Shown: piece after piece, positions 13,676 through 26,487 of the stretch | How the letters are laid out: each line of letters begins with the position of its first letter | Numbering within the stretch: position 1 is the first letter of the stretch | Assembly (NCBI RefSeq): GCF_006345805.1 | Contig: NC_042997.1 | Location: forward strand, 133,238,001 to 133,302,000 | Reading direction: 5' to 3' | DNA: 64,000 bases | Source of the DNA: Octopus sinensis | Taxonomy: Eukaryota | Made by a program: the position numbers and the translations under genes | Notes under the pieces: generated by a model | The model's input: the letters and a program-made list of their open reading frames with translations, nothing else | Database searches by the model: none | What the model was told of the DNA's origin: nothing

Positions 13676-14164
13676 CGAAAAATGCTACTAAAATTCTCTT
13701 TGAGTGTACTGGTATTTCCCCGCTTCAGAATTATTACTGATTTAAAAGATGCCGCCCCAGCGGTGAAATAACTTTTTCATCCAGGCACAGATAGTTGTAC
13801 GCTACCCATTAAACATGGTCTAATGCGGTCCAGCTGAAATCCAATTCGGGTGAAAGAGACAAAGTAAGCGTAGATATGGTTACTGTCACAGGAATAGCTG
13901 AATGATTTGGAAGTTTGCTTCGTAACTAAGCAAGATCTGCTTAGATCCTTCCACAGAGCCCATTGGGCAAGTGTCTAGGATCGATCAAATCTTTGTGAAG
14001 GAAATTTGGTTCAAGATAATTATATGGAAGCCCATCGAAATAAACGACGTTGTTCTCGGATAATAGCCTGACTTAATCCATCGTCCATCTTAACATTGCC
14101 ACTTCATCTGACCTATGTCTTACTTTAGCGGGCATTTGAGCTATACGTCACCTGTGTTGACAAT

Positions 14165-14450
14165 GGGGGAAATGTTGCTCCTGATGCAAATCAAGTCAAG
14201 GAGATCTGGAGCGGATTATGGGGAAACAATGTGGTGCATAAAAGGGATTCAATGTGGATAGGAACTATCAAAACAGAATTACATGGAGGAAAGAAACAAA
14301 GGAATACTGTCATAAGCTAGGATGACGTGAAAGAACAAGTGGGTAAAGTGTCTAACTGGAAAGCCCCCGGACCAGATGGGATTCATGGCTTTTGGCTGAA
14401 GAGATGCCACGTGGTGCATGAAAGACCAGCAGCCGAATTCTGCTCTAAAC
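14165..14450 (+). mobile_element. RLE (R4-like) LINE internal RT fragment
   Basis: EIWSGLWG...VGKVSNWKAPGPDGIHGFWLKR matches NWKAPGHDKIPNFWLK in the 17-21 kb element. Confidence 0.8.
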
Positions 14451-16164
14451 TATACTAATTGTTTGGGGTGTATGCACGATGGCACCTCGGTTTTGGAATG
14501 CGTAAGGAACATACGCATACACACGTACACACACACATACAAACTTTCCTTTATAGTTGAATATTTTAGATCAGTAATAACCTTCTAGGTATCTCAAGTA
14601 CTTTTATCAACTATGTTTCGTGTGTTAAGTAGGTCGTAATCAGCCCGAACTTTAATTCATATCTTTACTTTATTATTCACCTAAACGCATAGGAAGCATT
14701 TCAACAGTCCATGCTTCTGCTTGTATCACATCATTTAGTTTAGTGACCATAATATAGTCGAAATCACACGCTTGACTTAGTATGTTTCTCAGTTTTCGCA
14801 CAGCTTTTTTTATATATATAATACCAGCATTAACACGCATTGCAATCGAGTGGAATATAGAAGGTTTTGCTTTCTTTATGACTCCAGATATGGCTGATTT
14901 ATTACTCTCCGTAATATGGTGACATAGGTTGTTTAAATTGCAAAGTAGTTTGATGCCATCAGCCTTATGTTTATATTACTTCCCGGTCGTTTGTAACTCG
15001 TATGTTTCCCATAACGCTTAATTTGACAGCCTGTCTTGCATTATCCCCTCTTTATATTTCTTCTGAGCAAGTTTATTGCATTTGCTTATCAAACGTTCCA
15101 CATTTTCCTATTCGCCATGCCAATATTCGATATAATTTGCTGCTGCTGTTTGAAGAGGTGAAACTAACACACAGAGATGTTGCGAACCGTTCGTTCAAGG
15201 TTCTTTACAGAAACCTTCTTACAAACAAAAATAGAAAACGCTAAGTAAAAGAAATGAAAAGAAAAGGACGTTGTGCTAACGGGAGAGAAATAACCTCTTT
15301 TGTAGTTGCTGTCGTTTTGCTATCGTGTTTTGTTACTATTTGCTCAATTTTAGTTTCGTTTTGACCTCAAAAACATTTATTTCTTTGATAAATTCGATGG
15401 ACAAGAGATGACGGCCTTTCGTGGGGGTACGTTTATACATTTAGTTTTCAATACCTAACTTTTTGTTTCGTTATTTTTGCGGAAACCCATTGATTATTAG
15501 TAGAGGCTTTAATGTCATCCAATGGCCGTGTATCAAATCACGTTGATGGTTCATCGCATAATATATTATTTTCTTTATCTCTTCTTCCCTACATTTTTTT
15601 CCTACGTCCAGCTTTTCTTCTTCTGCTTCTCTTTCTTAGTATTGTGACCACGCTTTGAATCTGTAATTATAAAGCATTCACGATGAAATCACATCGATTA
15701 TCAATAGATCGAAGGCAGTTTTAACAAAAATTTAGATTTATTGTATGGAGCCATCAGTCTATAAAAGCAATCACGCCGCCATTTTGTCCCAGTTTTCCAC
15801 GTTTCCTTTTTCTATCTTCTCAAGAGTAGTTTAATTTTTCTTCCATCGCATTTATTTTTTTCTTTCCTTCTTTCCTTCCTTTTTCTGTTCTTTCTTCAGC
15901 CATCACAATGGTCATCATAGTTATCGTATTTGTAAAGAGCATCGTGATGATCCTCCTACTTCTACTGCTCTGCTTTACCTCCACTTTACTATGAAGGTGG
16001 TGATAATGATGATGATGATGATGATGATGGCGGTGGTGGTGGTGAGATCGTCATCCTTCTATTCATCTCATCGTTGGTTCATTCGTTACATTTTCTCTTT
16101 TCATTTGTCTTTTCCTTATTATCGACAAAAGTCATTGCCATCATCACCCCAACAATAGCTGCTG

Positions 16165-16200
<36 letters not shown>

Positions 16201-16825
16201 TTTATTGTTTACTCAGACGACGTTGGACATAACCTCTCCTCCTCTGACTAAGGAATTAAAACAACTTCTGAGGACTACTGCCGCTGTTGCTGCTTCTGTC
16301 GCTCACGCTGACCATAACCATTTTAAAAAATCTTTTGGACAGAAAAACCTATTGTGTACTCCTACTACTGTTTTTCTCTATGATCCTCATATGTCGGGCT
16401 TTTCCATCACTGAGCAAGAAGACCCTAAAGTGACTTTTACTCTCACACATGCAACAACTAGGAAGCCTGATGAGTTATTTCTCCGCTCACTCAACGATAA
16501 AACGCTCCAGGATATCATTGTGATTTTTATGGAGATCTTCAAGATATAGATGACTATGCCCAGCCCTTGCGACCATTTGTTGTTGCGTATTCCTTCTGTG
16601 CAAAACAGTTACCCGTAAAGTGCTGCAAACATGACGATAAACCGAAAGTCAACATCGGCACCGACATCACTGTTTCTCTTTTTTTTTACATTTCTGTGGC
16701 AGCACCCCGAGTGCAAGTGTCCTGTATGTCTCTTTCCCTCATTCTCAGTCTTAAATACCACAAAGCATTTTTGTCTGATGCCTCAACGACACACACAGCC
16801 AATCCGTCACTCTGAAAGCATTATC

Positions 16826-16890
16826 AATAATAATAATAACAATAATAATAATTATAATAATAATAATAACAACAACAACAACAACGACGA

Positions 16891-16925
<35 letters not shown>

Positions 16926-16930
16926 ACGAC

Positions 16931-17018
<88 letters not shown>

Positions 17019-17157
17019 TAAAATAATAATTCTTTCTTCAATAGGCACAAGGCCAGAAATTTTGGGGGAATGGGGCTAACAATTAGAATTCTTTCTTCAA
17101 TAATAATAATAATGATAATAATAATAATGAGGATAATAATAATAATAATAATAATAA

Positions 17158-17197
<40 letters not shown>

Positions 17198-17273
17198 TAA
17201 TAATAATAGTAATAATAATAATAATAATAATATAATAATAATAATATAATAATAATAATAAATAATAATAATA

Positions 17274-17310
<37 letters not shown>

Positions 17311-17341
17311 AATAATAATAATAATAATATAATAATAATAA
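16826..17341. repeat. (AAT)n/(AAC)n/(GAC)n/(GAT)n trinucleotide array with a short SINE-A tail fragment (about 17040-17090)
   Basis: Direct reading. 16-bp direct repeat AATTCTTTCTTCAATA at 17028 and 17087 brackets the fragment. Confidence 0.95.
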
Positions 17342-20300
17342 GGAGGAACACCGGGGGACTTTTAAGATGTAAGAAGGAAAATTCAGAGCTCCGAAACCTA
17401 TCCACAAACATCGAAAACAAGGACATCCTATGGAGCCAAAGTTTTACTAACAAAGAATTGGACTGTACCCGAGTAAGTAATACTAATTGAAATTTATTAC
17501 TATTTTCGAAATGAAATGATGTATTTTGACTCGATATCATCTCCATCTCTAACGCAACACATGTAAACATGCGTGAAACATCACGATCATCTCCGACCCC
17601 AAACACCATGTACAAAGGAACTACGAAGAAATTAAATGCCACCGATACTATTCAACCCAAAAATAACAATCGAGCGGTACGTACATTAAATTTACAACAA
17701 AAAATGTACGAAAAACTACACGTGCGAAATAATGTGACAACAGAAATAAACGGACCGGTACCCTACGAAAATGACGACCGTCAAAATAATGGGCCGGACG
17801 TTGTACCTCATGTCCCGCAAATAAAACCCAAAAGACGTAAATGGACACGTGAGGAATACATTTCTATCTTACACGCATACTTCACAGCAGTACTCTACCC
17901 AAAAAATGTAAATACAACAACACATACATATAAAATATGGAAGGAAAATAATAGAGATATAGACTTGGATACAGCAATGAACCCTAATAAATTAGCTAAC
18001 GTACGAAGATACATTCTCAACACAAAAAAAATATCAGAAATAGAAATAGAACACCTAAAAGAAAACATACACCAGGAAAATGTAGATAGAAGCCACACAA
18101 CAATGCCCAATAATATAAACACTGAAACTGTAAAACACGAAGACAAACGCAACATTCCCAACAAACACGATGTAAACAACGAAGGGGAGCCTAATGATTA
18201 TGATAATATAAAAAAAAAAAATCAAAGAACTGAAAACCACAGAGCTCAAAATGGACCACCGACCATACCTCCCAAGAATCAAAATAAACGAAATAACAAC
18301 ACCTATTATAAACAGCATAAACCTAGCCGTCACTGAACTGATAGCCACTGAATAAAAAAAAGTGATATCACTGAGCTAAATAACCTAATATACGCAGCAG
18401 CCACTGCAGCCACAAAAGAAGCTGGATACTCACCCAAACCCGCCCAAACAGGAGTACACCACCCAAACAAACCCTGTGGATAAATAACATCCAAAGCAAA
18501 ATAAAAAAATTAGAAAAGACCTGTCGATTCTTAATGAAATCAGCAAAGAATCACGCTACTGAGCAACAAAAGAGAACAAAAATACTCCGCAAATATAACA
18601 TGACAGAGAAAGATTTGCCTGAAATAAAGAAAAGCTGAAGCAAGATATCCTTGCCAAAGCACAAAGGATCCGCCGGTACAAGAAACGCCAACGCTTCTTT
18701 GAAGAAAACAAAAAGTTCAGCTCCAACCCCAAAAAGTTCTACCAAGAACTGGGCAAAAATAAAATAGAAGTCACTGCAGCACCAACGGCAGAAGAATTGG
18801 AAGAATTCTGGAGAGAGATATGGTCGGCGAACGAACCACCAAAAAAAAGGAGTATCAAAATTACAAACTCGGCATCTGAACAACTTTGGACCCCCATAAC
18901 AACTGAAGAGGTCACCCAGGCACTGCAAAGACTAAGCAACTGGAAGGCACCTGGGCATGACAAGATCCCCAACTTCTGGTTGAAATATCTAACAGGAATG
19001 CACAAAAAGCTGGCTGAAAACTTTAACAACGTACTAGCAGAGCCAGAGACAATGCCTGAATGGCTCACGAAGGGGAAAACCATCTTAATTCCCAAATCAA
19101 ATGAAACAGAAAACCAGAAAACTACAGACCAATAACCTGCCCCTACTATGTTCAAGGCATTTACTGCAGTGATATCACAAAGGCTGAACAAGCACCTGGA
19201 ACGAAAACAAACTGTTCCCAGAAGAGCAGAAAGGATGCCGCAAAGGCTCATATGGCTGTAAAGATCAACTAATGATTAATAAAGCCATAACTGAAGACAG
19301 CCACAGAAAGAAGAAAGGCCTTAGTATGGCCTGGATTGACTACAAAAAGGCGTTTGATAGCATCCCCCACACATGGATCCTCGAAACACTAGCCATTAAC
19401 AAAGTAGCACCAACAATCATAAAATTCATAGAGCACTCTATGAATAAATGGCAAACAGTCCTACACCTCCAAACAAAAGAGGGACTCATGAAAACCAAAG
19501 ACATCCCCATTAGAAGAGGAATATTCCAGGGAGACACGCTCTCTCCACTCCTTTTCTGCTTGGCACTGTCACCTCTATCTGATATGCTAAATACACTGGA
19601 TGCGGATATAAATGTTACGGCAAAACGATCAGCCACCTTTTATATATGGACGACCTAAAACTATACGCTGCAAATGACAAACAGCTGGAAACACTATTAA
19701 AGACAGTTCATGGATTTACCAAAGAAATAGATATGAAATTTGGATTAGAAAAATGCGCCAAAGTAACCATGAAAAGAGGAAAATAGTTAAGAGTAACAAC
19801 ATCACACTAGATAAAACCAATGAAATAAAAGAATTAGACCAAAGCCAAACTTACAAATACTTAGGAATCCATGAACTAGATAAGACACAACACACACAAA
19901 TGAAAGAGAAAATAAAAAAAAGAATATTAGACGAGTTAGATCAATACTAAACACAGAGCTCAATGCTAAAAACAAGATAATAGGTATCAACACTTTAGCT
20001 GTCCCAGTTATAAGTTACAGCTACAATATCCTTAACTGGACACGAAATGAACTGACCAAAATAGATAGGAAAACAAGAAAAATAATGACAGGATCTAGGA
20101 TGCATCACCAAAAATCTGACATAGAAAGACTATATATACAACGTATAGAAGGTGGTAGAGGCCTTATACAGCTGGAAAACTACTATAAAATAACCACCAT
20201 AGGACTGCAAAAATATCTACTTCAGAAGGAAGGAAAACTGATCCAGATAGCGGCAAAACACGAGCAAAACAAAAAACTGTTCTCAGTATTTAAGGAAGCT

Positions 20301-21305
20301 GACAAATACAACAAGAAATCATACCACCTAATAAACATGAAGAAGAAGAGAAGAAGATGAAGAAACAACAAAAGCTATAAAACAAATGAAATCAAACTAA
20401 AAACAGAACAGCAACGAACCATGATAAAACGATGGCAAGAAAAGCCCCTTCATGGTAAATACTGCACTAAACTAAACGCAAAAGAAATAGACAAAAAAAA
20501 TCCCAGCAATGGTTGAGAGCTCAGGACTCAAAGCAGAACAAAGGGATTTTTAATTGCAGCACAAGACCAAAGCCTCCCCACCAGAAATTACCAAAAACAT
20601 GTAATGAAAAGAAATATTACAAGTAACTGCAGAATATGTGGAGATGGACAAGAAACATAAATCATATTATCTCTAGCTGCCCAGTCCTGGCTAAGAAGGA
20701 ATATATTCACAGACATGACAGAGTTGGAACCTACATACATTGGAAGCTATGCCAACATTATGGAATAACAACAGAAAAAAGATGGTATAGGCACACACCA
20801 GAAAAGGTCACAGAAAACGAGAAAGCAACCATACTCTGGGATATGCCGATACACACAGATAGAGAAATTAAGGCCAACAGACCAGATATAGTTGTCAGTT
20901 GTCAGATCATGAAGAAAAAAATGCTTTTTAATTGATGTATCAATACCGGCAGATGACAACGTGTCTCTAAAAGAAATGGAGAAACTCTCAAAATACAAAG
21001 ACCTGGAAATAGAGGTAACTAGAATGTGGAATCTGAAAACAGAAAAACATTCCTATCATAGTAGGTGCATTAGGCATGATAAAAAAATATTCAGACAAAT
21101 ACATAACAAAAACACCAGGACTTACAAACACATATAACATACAGAAAATTGCACTACTAGGCACTGCCCACATCCTACGCAGAACACTTTCCATACAATA
21201 ACCATCAGAGCATCACAACAAATCACAGCACATACCCAAGGCACACAGAGCTGCGCTCGGTAGTGAAGTGAAAGCACGCTATATAAATAAAAATAAAACT
21301 ACTGA
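17342..21305 (+). mobile_element. Near full-length R4/Dong-clade non-LTR retrotransposon (RT + CCHC + restriction-like endonuclease), frameshifted
   Basis: N-terminal KRRKWTREEY. RT motifs NWKAPG, PEWLTKGKTILIPK, EEQKGC, WIDYKKAFDSIPH, GIFQGDTLSPLLFCLAL, YMDDLKLYA, YKYLG, GGRGL. C-terminal CRICG..HIISSC..RHD and RPDIV..LIDVSIP. Short 3' UTR ending in (TAA)n. Confidence 0.95.
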
Positions 21306-21404
21306 ATAATAATAATAATAATAATAGTAATAATAATAGTAATAATAGTAATAATAATAATAATAGTAATAATAATAATAGTAATAATAATAATAATAAT
21401 AATA

Positions 21405-21473
<69 letters not shown>

Positions 21474-21477
21474 AATA

Positions 21478-21521
<44 letters not shown>

Positions 21522-21527
21522 TAATAA
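21306..21527. repeat. (TAA)n/(TGA)n array
   Basis: Direct reading. Confidence 0.97.
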
Positions 21528-22085
21528 TAGCCCTGATGCAGTACCAGGCAGTGGCTCTCGTGGCTTCTGATCTTAACTGATTGGAAGTGTTATCAAGTAC
21601 ATTGTTTTGTCTTGGTATAAAAGATGGGCCACAGCAAATATTCTGCTCAAAACCACAGATTTGCTTGTCAGTTGTTTGACCTTAACCAGTTGAGCATGTC
21701 CCTTAGTGGTTGACGATATGTGCATCTCTGATCACGAGCAGAAGTAGTGGAGGAGCATCATAGCTATTTGTTGAGAGGGATTCTTTGGGGTTTGAAAAAT
21801 TCACCGCTGGGAACATGGGTGTTTCGTTCAACATCCTTAAACAATCCTTATTCAGGGACGTTTTGAGCAGGATGGGTTACTCGACCAGAAGAAAATTCTA
21901 ACTGGACCCCACCTACAACGTCATGTGCTGTTTATCTTAATATGAGATCACCATGTCGCGCACATATGGTTGTGATGCATATGCTTAGTGTACCCTTATG
22001 AGACGGGTAGTCATGATGGGTATACTGGGCTTCGTATATTTTATCCCAGTGTCACTTTGATGGCATGCGCTGCTCTCTCACTCAA
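21528..22085 (+). mobile_element. Non-coding interspersed element of about 560 bp with (AAT)n tail; second copy at 56930-57405
   Basis: High colinear identity by eye with 56930-57405. Both end ..gctctctcactcAATAATAAT or a close variant. No ORF and no tRNA-like A/B boxes seen. Confidence 0.8.
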
Positions 22086-22105
22086 TAATAATAATAATAA
22101 TAATG

Positions 22106-22137
<32 letters not shown>

Positions 22138-22142
22138 TAATA

Positions 22143-22188
<46 letters not shown>

Positions 22189-22329
22189 TTGCGAAAAATT
22201 CACAAAAACGATTCACAAAGACGATGTTTCTGTCTGCCAAGTCCTCGCTGAAAAGGAGGCCTCATAAGATACGAAAGATTAAGGCAGCACATCCACTGGA
22301 ATGCTTGTAAATACTACTGCTCAGCACCG

Positions 22330-23712
22330 AGTAGCATTCCCCCATCCCGATGCATCAAAGACCTGATAGTGGTTTTGTTGCCGCATTGTGTCTCCACTAT
22401 TCGGATCCATCGGACGGCTTTAATTCCTTCGTGTTTGAGAGCGCGGGCTCTAGCTCTGACAACGCAACCTTCGTGTTCCGCCTCGAAGAAATGATCAAGG
22501 GGCTATTCTTTGCGTTAGTACGTCGGTCACGACATCTTTACAAATAGGTTCTAGTTTCTTAACTAGTACTCCCTTTAATCTATTTGTTTCTATACCTAAA
22601 CCGTTGCTAAACGCTATTGATTCTGCTGTAATCTCCTTCTCCGGGTGATCCATTATCGGTTGTTGACGATTACTCCCGTCAACTGCCTCTTTACCACTTC
22701 ACTGATCCAGCCCCTGTCATATTTGCGTGCTGGAATGGACGCGTTCAACTTCCAGTTACCAGGTCCCTGTCTACGGGTCTTATCTAAGTCGAATCTGCAG
22801 ATCACAAATTCGAGGGGAACCAACGCTATCTCTATCCGCTGACATAACAAATTATCTAGATACGAGCTGAATGACACGTTGTGGTTGCTCCATGACCACA
22901 CTGGCAGATCGGGGAAATCCAGTCGATACCTGTCAGACAGTTGGAAGTTTCTGGGCAGGTTTTCGCAGCTTTTGCACCCACTTCTGCTATGTACTAGCCC
23001 CACACATCTTTCCGTGCGTCCAAAATACCATTCCAGTGCCCCACTAGCACTAAAGTGCGAGATATTCCCAGAAAATTTGCTAGACGCCTGAAGAAATTTG
23101 GCATTCTAGCCACAATCGGGGCATTGGCGGATATCAATCTAAAGGCGCCACCTTCGCTGCCATTCACATCCAGGATCATCAATCTGGTCAGGTTCAAGAA
23201 GATTGCTCTTACTTCGAGACCAAGGGTTTTCAGAATAGCACTGCTACTCTGCCGCCCTCTCCCGACGGACCACTATTGAAAATATCTCATAGCTGTCGAA
23301 AATGGGTGTTAGTACTTGCTCATTAGAAATCCTTGTCTCGCTAATTGCGGCCACATTTAAATCGAGCGACCTGAGGTCGTTGAGCAAGTAACCTTGTTTA
23401 CAAGCTGACTCCAACTCACGTGCATTCACATAGCCCACTCTGAGAACAGCCATATTTATCGGAGAAACAAAAAAGAGAGAAGTCACCTTGGGTTTTGAGT
23501 AGGACGGCTGATTCAGCAGCCTCTTTTGCTGAATTATAATTATTGAAGGGCCTTGCCAAAGTACTTTTATCCGGCTTTAGTCTAAAGAGTGGAGAATAAG
23601 GGATCCTTCCTCTTCTGGTCGAAAATGACAGGAAAACACCACTATTTTCCGGAGGAAGCCGAAGATTTTCGAAAACAAAACACGGAGCCGAGGTCAAGCC
23701 CGACTTACCAGG
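22330..23712 (-). mobile_element. Tx1/L1-type LINE ORF2 5' part (apurinic-like endonuclease and linker), decayed
   Basis: MAVLRVGYVNAR..LNVAAISETR, RLISANAP, LVLVGHWNGILD, SYLDNLLC, GPGNWKLNASI, VVRARARA: the APE pattern of Tx1/L1 ORF2. Confidence 0.85.
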
Positions 23713-23722
23713 CTGACAGCCA

Positions 23723-24140
23723 TAATAATAATAAAGATTTCTTTTACTGGCCACAAGGACCAAAGACATGGAAGACAATATTGAAGGACGAGCAACAGCA
23801 CACAAAACAAAGCAAACATAAAAAATACAAAAATAAAAACAGGTGGAATTTACATCGATCAAAGGGAGATACTACCACATTAAAGGATATAACAGAGGAT
23901 ATATAAGAGAAAATAGAGAAATAAATAATAAATAAATAATTAGAATCCCCAATAGCGAGGCAGTCGACTTAGCGTAATCCGAGGTAAACCCCACGCAAAA
24001 TGGGGGTTACTCTGCATCGCCGAGGCATGAGAAATTCCCTCTTCCCGTCAATTCGGACTCACCAGTCTTGACATTGTCGACCACGTTTTGATAAATACAC
24101 TAGAAGGCAGCACCACCTTCTCTACCCTCACCTTCGTCTT
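23723..24140 (-). mobile_element. Tx1/L1-type LINE 3' end (C-terminus + 3' UTR) with (ATT)n tail
   Basis: FLKTKVRVEKVVLPSSVFIKTWSTMSRL resembles the C-terminus of ORF 45995-47353. UTR ends ccttgtggccagtaaaagaaatctttattattatt. Confidence 0.65.
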
Positions 24141-24292
24141 CAAAAATAATAATTAATCACAATAATAAATACAGGTAGATGGGAATATACATTTAGTGTA
24201 TAATATATAAACGTATATATATATATATATATAAGTTTTGCTATAAAATAAAATAATTCAATGAGTTTTTGGCAACTTATATGACTGATAAC

Positions 24293-24600
24293 GGAGGCGC
24301 AATGGCCCAGTGGTTAGAGCAGCGGACTCGCGGTCGTAGGATCGCGGTTTCGATACCCAGACAGGGCGTTGTGAGTGTTTATTGAGCGAAAACACCTAAA
24401 GCTCCACGAGGCTCCGGCAGGGGTGGTGGCGATCCCTGCTGTACTCTTTCGCCACAACTTTCTCTCACTCTTTCTTCTGTTGGCCTGCTCGCTTAGCCTG
24501 CGGGGTGGCGTCATTTGAAGGCTAAAACAATGCGAAGCGCATTGTGACCAGCGATGTGTAACAACATCTGATAGCGTGGTCGTTCACGGTGATCACGGTG
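24293..24600 (+). mobile_element. tRNA-derived SINE, family C
   Basis: Head GGAGGCGCAATGGCCCAGTGGTTAGAGCAGCGGACTCGCGG..GGTTTCGATACC with A and B boxes, then a non-tRNA body and short tandem tail (cacggtgat)x2. Confidence 0.75.
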
Positions 24601-25175
24601 ATATGACTGATGACACAATGTTTAGGTTTTCAGTGTTTAACTCCAAGTGGATCCATAATAAAACACATTCCAAACATGATCGTCTCGGGGCTTATTTTTA
24701 AAGCAAAGTGAACTTTAGACTACATTCTCTAATGAGTCAATCCACTTTTTGAAATGAGCGGTAAAGTAGGATTTCAGAATCAATTGGATGATATTTATAA
24801 CGGATCGAGTTTGAAATATTTCGGTTTCTCATATGGATGTTGTGCGGACCGTTACAGGATTTACCGAATAAACAGACTTCAATGTACAATCTGTTTCAGA
24901 TTTACAACATTCTTTGAAACATCATTTAGCATGAAAATGGAACGATTATGTACGTAAAACGGAATACTTCCAAGATTTTTTTTCCGTATGAGTTGAACAT
25001 CTTTAAGTCTCACTCTTGAAATTAAATAATAAATGATTTATGGGCCACTATCTATCAAGAAATATTTCTACAAGTGTTATTATTCACTAATTCATGCCTG
25101 CCGCCATTTTTATCGTTTGCTATTTTGCTGTCAAACGGACGCATACGGCTCGTCTTTTTATTATTTTGGAAATAT

Positions 25176-25580
25176 AAGGCAACGAGTTGGCAGAAACGTT
25201 AGCACGCCAGGTGAAATGCTTAGCGGTATTTCGTCTGCCGTTACGTTCTGAGTTCAAATTCCGCCGAGGTTCATTTTGCCTTTCATCCTTTCGGGGTCGA
25301 TAAATTAAGTACCAGTTACACACTGGGGTCGATGTAATCGACTTAGCCTTTTGTCTATCCTTCTTTGTCTCTTCTATGTTTAGCTCCTTGTGGGCAATAA
25401 AGAAATAAGAAATGTTAGCACGCCGGGCGAAATGCCTAGCGGTATTTTGTCTGTCGTTACATTCTGAGTTCAAATTCCGCCGAGGTCGACTTTGCTTTTC
25501 ATCTTTTCGGAGTCGATAAATTAAGTACCAGTTGCGTACTGGGGTCGATCTAATCAACTACCCCGCCCCCCAAAAATATA
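25176..25580 (+). mobile_element. SINE family A, dimeric copy
   Basis: Two tandem monomers of the family A consensus. Confidence 0.88.
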
Positions 25581-26382
25581 AGGAACCTAATATAAGCTAA
25601 TATAAGAAACCTAAGGTGCTGTTGTGATACAATATCACTATTAAAAAAAAAAAAGAAACTCTGAAGAGTATATTCATTGAAAGAATCTTCAAATTTTATG
25701 ATGTTTTGTCTTCTACAATTTACCCTATCATTTCGGTCTCTATCACTTCTAAAAACTGCATATGGATTAGCATGAACTAACTTTTCTTCATCAATTAGAG
25801 CTTCTATTTTCTACAGAAAATTCTTATCAAACGTTATCCAAATAGGTTTAGATTCGCCATTGTCGTACGTTTGAGAAAACATATTTATGTAGAGTGCATT
25901 TTGCTATTGTCACTATAATTGAGCTCATTGAATATAAGGCTTCCCAAAGCAGCAACTCCCATTTTGGGTCTTCATGACTAATTGTAATGTCTTTAGCCAT
26001 GTGCAATTGTCACTCGTTTGGGTAATTCGTTTGGCTAAGAGTTTTCTCATAAGTACTATGGCAACGATTTATTACCAAATTTCATAGACAAGTTAGCATT
26101 TTTTTAAATATATACTAAGATTCTCGACCACTCGATACTAAATCTAGATTCCCGCTTGTCACAAATATCTGAATTAATAATTTAATTCCCGTAGTGGTAC
26201 CAATGTCTAGAATGGCTGTGCAAATATGAAACCTGAGTACTATTTAACAATAGCCAAAATGCACATCTATTTTGTATTGGATTCCCTTGGTCCTGTTGAG
26301 TAAATAAGCAGTCCTTCCAGTTGTTACGCTTGACAAATTTTGTGGGAAAAGCTGGCTTAATACGAAGGTTATTTTTCTTTAC

Positions 26383-26487
26383 CTGCAAAACACCTTCTTT
26401 ACATCGGCATGGTAAATTTACAAGGTAAGTTTTGCCATTTTGCGTATTGAGAGAACTAACAGACTTCAAAATGGCAAAGATGTTCTT
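26383..26487 (-). CDS. Candidate 105-nt phase-0 internal exon (KNIFAILKSVSSLNTQNGKTYLVNLPCRCKEGVLQ); product unknown
   Basis: Long pyrimidine tract ..ttcttattctctttctcaatttcAG acceptor, open frame, CAG|GTAAAG donor. No partner exon or homology recognised, and a plus-strand reading also looks protein-like. Confidence 0.2.

Noticed and set aside
13729-13863. Good acceptor and AAA|GTAAGC donor pair
   Set aside because: Stops in all three frames with either acceptor.
17342-17420. Self-cleaving (HDV-like) ribozyme expected at an R2/R4 5' end
   Set aside because: I could not build P1/P3/P1.1 pairings by eye. The same applies to the 5' end of the orphan element at 21528.
24293-24370. tRNA-like sequence
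   Set aside because: It has A/B boxes but no closable cloverleaf and runs into a SINE body. Called a SINE head.
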